Translations under genes and position numbers: made by a program | In this document: in pieces, positions 58,332 to 64,000 of the stretch | Position numbering within the stretch: position 1 is the first letter of the stretch | Layout of the letters: each line of letters opens with the position of its first letter | The notes under the pieces: generated by a model | Told to the model about the DNA's origin: nothing | The model's database searches: none | What the model saw: the letters and a program-made list of their open reading frames with translations, nothing else | From: a virus | Taxonomy: Duplodnaviria; Caudoviricetes | Virus record (IMG/VR): IMGVR_UViG_3300025751_000015 | Span: 20,139 to 84,138 of that record | Length of the DNA: 64,000 bases | Direction: 5' to 3' (one strand)

Positions 58332-58910
58332 ATGAACACAGCGTTTGTATTAGGTAATGGTACCTCTCGACAACATTTAGACTTAGAAACACTGCGTGGC
58401 AAGGGAAATATCTATGCCTGTAACGCTGTGTATAGAAATTTTGAGCCTGATGTTTTAATTGCCGTTGATCCTAAGATGGTGCATGAGATAGTAGCAGACG
58501 GATATCATCATAATCATGTGGTATGGACCAACTATAATAACGGATACAAAAACTACACCAACCTAAATTACTTCCAACCCAGCCTAGGATGGAGCAGTGG
58601 ACCTACTGCACTTTTTAAAGCCAGCGAAGATAATCACAACAAAATATACATTCTTGGCTTTGATTACATGGGATTAAACGGCGGAAAACGCTTTAATAAC
58701 ATATATGCGGACACGCAAAACTATAAAAAATCCGCTGAGCCTGCCACATATTACGGAAATTGGCTACGTCAAACAGAGAAAACAATCACTTCTAACCCTA
58801 AAATAACCTATGTTAGGGTAATTAATAGTGGGGATTTTTGCCCCGCACAGTTAAATAATTATGATAATTTTAAAACAATTACATATGATCAGTTCCAAAA
58901 AGAACTGTAA
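58332..58910 (+). CDS. Glycosyltransferase-like protein (GT29/GT42/Maf-like Rossmann fold)
   Basis: FVLGNGTSR, IYACNAVYR..PDVLIAVD, SSGPTAL and KIYILGFD...NNIY. Confidence 0.6.
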   Translation: MNTAFVLGNGTSRQHLDLETLRGKGNIYACNAVYRNFEPDVLIAVDPKMVHEIVADGYHHNHVVWTNYNNGYKNYTNLNYFQPSLGWSSGPTALFKASEDNHNKIYILGFDYMGLNGGKRFNNIYADTQNYKKSAEPATYYGNWLRQTEKTITSNPKITYVRVINSGDFCPAQLNNYDNFKTITYDQFQKEL

Positions 58911-59027
58911 TTTGGTACGTTTTGTCAAAAACGTCAAAAAATCACCTATTTCAGGTGGTAAAAGTGGTTTTTTCGTAAATACACTTGACAGCCTTGCCTA
59001 TTAACATGAATAAAGGAGAAAAATACA

Positions 59028-59912
59028 ATGTCAGATACAAGCAAATTTGAACAACTGCTTGATCTTCTAGTCAACGAAGACAAAGAAAAAGCAGAAGAAC
59101 TTTTCCACGATATCGTGGTAGAGAAATCAAAAGAAATTTACCAAGGACTTATCGAGTCTGAGGAAAAGTCAGACGAAGAAGTCGATGAAACTGCGGAAAA
59201 AGATGAAGAAGCAGTTGAAGAAGCAACTGATGAGTCTAATGAAGACGAAGTTGAAGAAGCAAAAGACGAGTCCGACGAAGACAAAGTTGAAGAAAACTTT
59301 GAAGAAGAGTCAATCGAAGAAATCGGTGGTGACGCAACAGACAGCATGATTGATGCAGTTACTGGCGATAAAGACAGCGATATGGATTTTGACGACGACG
59401 GTAAAATGGATGACCATGAAGAAGAACATGGTGACATCGAAGACCGTGTTGTAGACCTTGAAGACGCACTAGACGACCTTAAAGCAGAATTTGAAGCCAT
59501 GATGGGCGACAAAGAAGAAGGCGATGAGGACGAAGGTGAAGAAGAAGGTGATGAAGAATCAGAAGAAGCCGAAGAGGAAGCAATGGAACCTGCTATTGAG
59601 TCAACAGACGAAGAAGCAGACGTTGTAGATGAAGCAAAGGAACCTAAATCCGCTAGCGAAACTATGAGAGAATATGTCGAAAAAGTTTCTGCTCCATCTA
59701 ATTCCGAAGGCGCTGATGCAACCAAATCTCCAGTAGCAGGTAACGCTAAAGCACCTAACGATGCTAAAGCACACGCTATTGGCGGTGGAAGTGAAGAAAA
59801 GGGCGGTAGTGGAGCAAAGCCAAAGGACATGGGAAAATCTTTCGAGAATGAACCAGGTGCTAAAGCAGGCGACACTTTTAGTAAAGCATCTGCACCAAAG
59901 AGTGCTGAGTAA
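59028..59912 (+). CDS. Highly acidic prohead core/scaffold protein
   Basis: Glu/Asp-rich 294 aa between portal and protease; many (V/I)xE sites. Confidence 0.7.
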   Translation: MSDTSKFEQLLDLLVNEDKEKAEELFHDIVVEKSKEIYQGLIESEEKSDEEVDETAEKDEEAVEEATDESNEDEVEEAKDESDEDKVEENFEEESIEEIGGDATDSMIDAVTGDKDSDMDFDDDGKMDDHEEEHGDIEDRVVDLEDALDDLKAEFEAMMGDKEEGDEDEGEEEGDEESEEAEEEAMEPAIESTDEEADVVDEAKEPKSASETMREYVEKVSAPSNSEGADATKSPVAGNAKAPNDAKAHAIGGGSEEKGGSGAKPKDMGKSFENEPGAKAGDTFSKASAPKSAE

Positions 59913-59928
59913 TTAGGAGTTAGCCAAT

Positions 59929-60555
59929 ATGGCATACTTAAGAGAACATCTTACGTTCGATCAGGCGAAAGTCACCCTTGAGTCCCAAGGTGAAGGGGAA
60001 AACAAAAACCTTTATTTAAAAGGCATTTGTATTCAGGGTGGTGTTAAAAACGCAAACCAGCGTATCTACCCTGTCTCCGAGATAGGCAACGCTGTAAAGA
60101 CACTCAAGGATCAGATCGACGGCGGTTACTCTGTACTAGGTGAAGTTGATCACCCAGATGATTTAAAGGTCAATTTAGATCGTGTATCGCATATGATTAC
60201 AGATATGTGGATGGATGGACCCAACGGGTTTGGCAAGATGAAAATTTTGCCAACCCCAATGGGCAATCTTGTAAAAACCATGTTAGAATCAGGTGTGAAA
60301 CTGGGAGTCAGTTCACGTGGAGCAGGTGAAGTTAATGAATCCACTGGAGAAGTTAACGGGTTTGAGATCATTACAGTTGATGTGGTGGCCCAACCAAGTG
60401 CGCCAGGTGCTTACCCAACACCAATCTATGAACACTTTATGAATACAAGAGGTGGTTATAGTGCGATGATGGCGGCGCATGAAGTATCGAAAGATGCTAA
60501 AGCACAGAAGTATCTCAAAGAACAGATGCTACGAGTCATAAAAGGCTTGCAGTAA
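59929..60555 (+). CDS. gp21: Prohead protease, T4 gp21-like
   Basis: LYLKGICIQG..KNANQRIYP, GEVDHP, VSH, G.MKILPTPMG, LGVSSRGAG and DVVAQPSAPGA. Confidence 0.93.
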   Translation: MAYLREHLTFDQAKVTLESQGEGENKNLYLKGICIQGGVKNANQRIYPVSEIGNAVKTLKDQIDGGYSVLGEVDHPDDLKVNLDRVSHMITDMWMDGPNGFGKMKILPTPMGNLVKTMLESGVKLGVSSRGAGEVNESTGEVNGFEIITVDVVAQPSAPGAYPTPIYEHFMNTRGGYSAMMAAHEVSKDAKAQKYLKEQMLRVIKGLQ

Positions 60556-60570
60556 CATAAGGAGAAGCCA

Positions 60571-61662
60571 ATGAGTGATATGTTTAATAAACTTTTTGAA
60601 ACAGGCTTGCTAGGTGAGGAAGTTCGTTCTGACTTACAAGAAGCATGGGACCAAAAAGTGAAGGAAAACAAAGACACTGTTACTGCTGAACTCCGTGAGG
60701 AATTTGCGAAACGCTACGAGCATGATAAGCAGAACATGGTCGAAGCAATCGACAATATGGTTTCCGAACGTTTAGAATCAGAAATTGCTGAAATTGCTGA
60801 AGATAAGAAAGCACTTGCGGAAGCAAGAGTTGAATATAAGAAGAATATCGGTGAACATTCTGAGAAACTGCAAGAGTTTATGCTCAAGCAGTTGACTAAA
60901 GAAATTGGAGAGTTACACGAAGACCGTGCTAAGGTCAGCGAAAACTTTTCAAAATTGGAAGACTTTGTTGTTAAGCAACTCGCAAAAGAAATCAATGAGT
61001 TTGCAGAAGACAAAAAAGATTTGGCAGAAACCAAGGTAAAACTTGTAAAAGAAGCCAAAGAAAAATTTGCAGAAGTAAAAGCAAAGTTTGTTACTAAGTC
61101 AGCAGACATTGTTAAGGAAACTGTAAGTAAAAAACTTGCTGAAGAGATTAAACAGTTGAAAGAAGATATTCAATCGGCTCGCGAAAATCACTTTGGTAGA
61201 AAACTATTCGAAGCGTTTGCTAATGAATATTCTAACTCATACTTAAACGAAAAATCAGAAACTGCGAAGTTAATGAAAATCGTTGCTGAGAAAGAAGAAG
61301 CGTTGGCTGAGGCTAAGAAAACCATCACAGAGAAGGATACTCTAGTTGAATCTAAGCAAGCAGAAATTGCTAAAGCGAAAGACGACGCGAAACGTGTTGC
61401 AGTGATGAATGAGTTGTTGACTCCACTTGGTAAAGACAAAAGAGAAATTATGTCAGAACTATTAGAGTCAGTGCAAACTGAAAAATTGCACACAGCATTT
61501 GACAAGTACCTACCAGCAGTAATGGAAGATAAAAAACCAACCATTGCGAAAAAACAGGCATTAAATGAAGGCACAGAAGTAACAGGCAATAAAGAATTCA
61601 AACAACCGGTAGAAGAAAAGTCAAACTTAATTGAACTCCGCAAATTAGCGGGATTAAACTAA
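60571..61662 (+). CDS. gp22: Prohead scaffolding protein, T4 gp22-like
   Basis: Long coiled coil between protease and major capsid gene. Confidence 0.8.
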   Translation: MSDMFNKLFETGLLGEEVRSDLQEAWDQKVKENKDTVTAELREEFAKRYEHDKQNMVEAIDNMVSERLESEIAEIAEDKKALAEARVEYKKNIGEHSEKLQEFMLKQLTKEIGELHEDRAKVSENFSKLEDFVVKQLAKEINEFAEDKKDLAETKVKLVKEAKEKFAEVKAKFVTKSADIVKETVSKKLAEEIKQLKEDIQSARENHFGRKLFEAFANEYSNSYLNEKSETAKLMKIVAEKEEALAEAKKTITEKDTLVESKQAEIAKAKDDAKRVAVMNELLTPLGKDKREIMSELLESVQTEKLHTAFDKYLPAVMEDKKPTIAKKQALNEGTEVTGNKEFKQPVEEKSNLIELRKLAGLN

Positions 61663-61678
61663 AAAGGAGAAGGACAAA

Positions 61679-62845
61679 ATGTCAGAAATGATCAATGAAA
61701 ATTGGCAGGCAACCAAAGGCGCATTGCTTGAAGGCCTAAAAGGTCACAAGAAAAGCGTTATGGACGTCACTCTCGAGAACACTAGACGTTATCTCGCTGA
61801 GTCGGCAACTGCTGGTGCAACTTCCGCAGGAAATGTTGCAACACTAAACAGAGTGATCCTTCCAGTAATTAGACGTGTAATGCCTACAGTTATCGCAAAC
61901 GAAATTGTTGGTGTACAGCCTATGACTGGACCAGTTTCACAAATTCACACATTAAGAGTACGTTACTCAGATGCAGTGAACTCAACTTCAGGAACAGACA
62001 CAACTGCTGGCGACGAAGCATTATCACCATTTAAAATTGCAACTGCTTATTCAGGTGCATTGGATGATAAAGCGGCGGCTACAGCGGCTTTAGAAGGTCT
62101 ACCTGGTAACAAGTTGTCAATTCAAATCTTAAAACAAGCAGTAGAAGCGAAATCACGTAAACTATCTGCTCGTTGGACATTTGAAGCGGCACAAGATGCT
62201 CAAGCACAACAAGGTATTGACATCGAAGCAGAAATTATGGCGGCACTTGCTCAAGAAATTACTGCTGAGATCGATCAAGAGATCCTTGCTTCATTAAGAG
62301 CACTTGCTTCTGATGAAGAAGCATTTGACCAAGCGGCTGTAAGTGGTACTGCTACATTCGTTGGTGACGAACATGCGGCACTTGCTGTTTTAATTAACAG
62401 AGTTGCTAACAAGATCGCACAACGTACACGTAGAGGTGCTGGTAACTGGGCAGTTGTTTCGCCACAAGCGTTAACAATTCTTCAGTCTGCTACAACTTCA
62501 GCGTTTGCAAGATCAACTGAAGGTACATTTGAAGCACCAACAAACACTAAGTTTGTAGGTACTTTGAACAATGCTATGAGAGTATATGTTGATGCATATG
62601 CTTCTGATAACACTTCAGTGCTTGTAGGTTACAAAGGTTCATCTGAGGCTGATGCGGCGGCATTCTACTGCCCATACATTCCTCTAATGTCTTCAGGCGT
62701 TGTATTAGACCCTGATACATTTGAACCAGTAGTAGGTTTCATGACAAGATATGGTTATGTAGAGTTAACAAACACTGCATCATCTCTTGGTAATGCGGCT
62801 GACTACTTAGGTGAAGTTACAATCAGTAACGTATCATTCTCTTAA
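61679..62845 (+). CDS. gp23: Major capsid protein, T4 gp23-like
   Basis: P.IRRVMP..IANEIVGVQPMTGP..QI..LR, AKSRKL.ARWT.EAAQD, E.EI...LA.EI..EID.E, YCPYIPL and F.P..GF.TRYG. Confidence 0.96.
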   Translation: MSEMINENWQATKGALLEGLKGHKKSVMDVTLENTRRYLAESATAGATSAGNVATLNRVILPVIRRVMPTVIANEIVGVQPMTGPVSQIHTLRVRYSDAVNSTSGTDTTAGDEALSPFKIATAYSGALDDKAAATAALEGLPGNKLSIQILKQAVEAKSRKLSARWTFEAAQDAQAQQGIDIEAEIMAALAQEITAEIDQEILASLRALASDEEAFDQAAVSGTATFVGDEHAALAVLINRVANKIAQRTRRGAGNWAVVSPQALTILQSATTSAFARSTEGTFEAPTNTKFVGTLNNAMRVYVDAYASDNTSVLVGYKGSSEADAAAFYCPYIPLMSSGVVLDPDTFEPVVGFMTRYGYVELTNTASSLGNAADYLGEVTISNVSFS

Positions 62846-62867
62846 TAGAGAGTAGTACAAAAGTAAG

Positions 62868-62897
62868 AAAAGGGCGGCTTTATGTCGCCCTTTTTTT
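62868..62897 (+). terminator. Intrinsic terminator after the major capsid gene
   Basis: AAAAGGGCGG-CTTTATG-TCGCCCTTTT stem followed by a T7 run. Confidence 0.85.
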
Positions 62898-62917
62898 ATG
62901 ACTTCTTAAATATTAGT

Positions 62918-63202
62918 ATGAGTAATATAAGAGAAGTTACAAATAGTCTGGATTGGCCTAACGTTGAAAGTGATATTAGAGAACTTACAAAAACTGCTCC
63001 AGAATTTAAATTTGACGTGGCTAGATTCTGTGCAGGCATGCGTTCTGAAATTAATAAACTAAGTCAAATAGAATTACAATACCGTCAACAAAAAAGAGAT
63101 AGCACAATACAAAAGCATAAAGATCAATGCAATAAAATTAATCGTGCTATAAAAGACTTTAGTTCTGTACATCTTATGCATCTCTTTACTAGAGTTGACT
63201 AA
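62918..63202 (+). CDS. Hypothetical late protein (94 aa)
   Basis: ATG 62918 lies 5 nt after TAAATA; the ORF-track start 62882 is inside the terminator loop. Confidence 0.65.
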   Translation: MSNIREVTNSLDWPNVESDIRELTKTAPEFKFDVARFCAGMRSEINKLSQIELQYRQQKRDSTIQKHKDQCNKINRAIKDFSSVHLMHLFTRVD

Positions 63203-63293
63203 ATACATTACACGTTAGAAAGGGCCGACACAATGTTGGACTTATGCTGTTTAACCCACAGCGTAGACCTAGAACGTCAACAAGGAGAAAAAA

Positions 63294-63692
63294 ATGGGAA
63301 GACCAATTAATAAAAGAAAAATCGGACAAGGTACTGGCAAAATTTTATGTTCTGCATACTACTTTGCAACTGCGTCTGAAGTAAACGGTGCTACAACTCC
63401 GGCATGGATTGTATCACAAAGATCTACTAACAAGTTCATTGTTACTGATGGAACTACTACACAGACTCTTAAATTAGTTAATAAATCAGCAGGCGGCTTA
63501 GGCTCAGGCGAGTTTATTATTAATGCTGTCTTAGATGATTCATCTGTAGTACAAGTTACAAAATTACGTAACAGAACTATTCAGTATGAAGGCGGAACTG
63601 CAAACGTTGCAAATGTTAAATTTAACATTGGAAAAGGCTTAACTGTAGGCTCTACAACTGACGCAACAGCAGAAGTTGAAGGTCAACAATAA
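63294..63692 (+). CDS. Late virion-associated hypothetical protein
   Basis: AAGGAG SD, TAAATA at 63200 and a terminator downstream. Confidence 0.7.
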   Translation: MGRPINKRKIGQGTGKILCSAYYFATASEVNGATTPAWIVSQRSTNKFIVTDGTTTQTLKLVNKSAGGLGSGEFIINAVLDDSSVVQVTKLRNRTIQYEGGTANVANVKFNIGKGLTVGSTTDATAEVEGQQ

Positions 63693-63701
63693 TAACTAAT
63701 A

Positions 63702-63734
63702 GAAAGGGCAGAGTTCGCTTTGCCCTTTTCTTTT
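63702..63734 (+). terminator. Intrinsic terminator
   Basis: AAAGGGCAGAG-TTCG-CTTTGCCCTTT followed by TCTTTT. Confidence 0.85.
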
Positions 63735-63769
63735 GACTAAATAATGCTATAGACAAAGGATCCTAACAT

Positions 63770-64000
63770 ATGGCTGTAGATGTACTAAAAGTAACCGGTG
63801 ATTACAAGATTATAACAAGTTCTTCATCAGGAACTCAACTCACCTTGGACACGCCAGAAGTAAGAATTACGGGTGATCTTACAGTATTAGGTAACACAAC
63901 TACTATCGATACAGCAAACATGACTGTTGAAGATAATATAATTGAACTTAATACAGGCGAAACATCACCAACTGGTATTAGTTTAGGTACAGCAGGTCTA
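63770..64000 (+). CDS. Virion fibre-like protein, 3'-truncated by the window edge
   Basis: MAVDVLKVTGDY...GDLTVLGNTTTIDTANMTVEDNIIELN resembles GDLTVSGSTSYLDTNTLRVNDKNIELA in 17515-19353; TAAATA and AAGGA upstream. Confidence 0.7.
   Translation, partial: MAVDVLKVTGDYKIITSSSSGTQLTLDTPEVRITGDLTVLGNTTTIDTANMTVEDNIIELNTGETSPTGISLGTAGL

Noticed and set aside
59138-59935. 265-aa Ser-rich minus-strand ORF
   Set aside because: Antisense shadow of the Glu/Asp-rich scaffold gene (GAA/GAT codons read as Ser/Phe/Ile); no independent promoter or SD.
727-61643. Many 60-150 aa ORFs nested in or antisense to the major genes (e.g. 727-1005, 18398-18847, 51814-52194, 55279-55734, 61188-61643)
   Set aside because: Fully overlap well-supported genes and show no motifs or ribosome-binding sites.
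47417-62845. Inteins or introns in gp47, gp46, portal, protease or capsid genes
   Set aside because: Lengths and motif spacing look ordinary, with no intein splice motifs or frame breaks.
1-64000. Stop-codon reassignment as in some large phages
   Set aside because: Genes are full length under the standard code (including a 4648-aa ORF) and TAA, TAG and TGA all end genes.
1-64000. Cellular chromosome, prophage or eukaryotic giant virus origin
   Set aside because: Gene set and order (gp55-47-46; portal-protease-scaffold-capsid; baseplate genes), sigma70 promoters and SD sites fit a lytic T4-superfamily phage; no integrase or host flanks are visible.

Overview
This 64-kb window is part of a large, AT-rich, T4-superfamily myovirus genome. 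It shows no cellular housekeeping context, tRNA/rRNA, CRISPR array, integrase or reverse transcriptase. Layout: (1) 1-12.3 kb, plus strand: early/metabolic genes (HIT hydrolase, QueE, T4-type RNase H, MoxR-like AAA+ ATPase and its vWA/metallopeptidase partner split by SWIM, HNH and restriction-like genes, 2OG-Fe(II) oxygenase, ThyX, dCMP deaminase). (2) 12.4-46.4 kb, minus strand: four paralogous tail-fibre proteins, a 4648-aa baseplate protein, and gp6-, gp25-, gp5-, gp27-, gp53- and gp48/54-like genes. (3) 46.5-50.9 kb: gp55-like late sigma, gp47/gp46 and a stand-alone GIY-YIG nuclease, followed by a ~520-nt GC-enriched, helix-rich non-coding element. (4) 51.7-64 kb: gp26-like hub chaperone, tape-measure-like protein, portal, a glycosyltransferase-like gene, scaffold, prohead protease and major capsid protein. 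Best leads: the late-expressed GIY-YIG nuclease plus structured non-coding element (candidate RNP, or hairpin origin); an unannotated -1 frameshift fusing the gp26-like gene to a gp51-like frame; six genes with TAA(A/G)TA exactly 5 nt before the ATG (leaderless late mRNAs); a recurring RCGYASTTWA motif; and a type-1-copper-like site plus YHYH domain in the giant baseplate protein. All family assignments come from motif recognition by eye; no database search was run.
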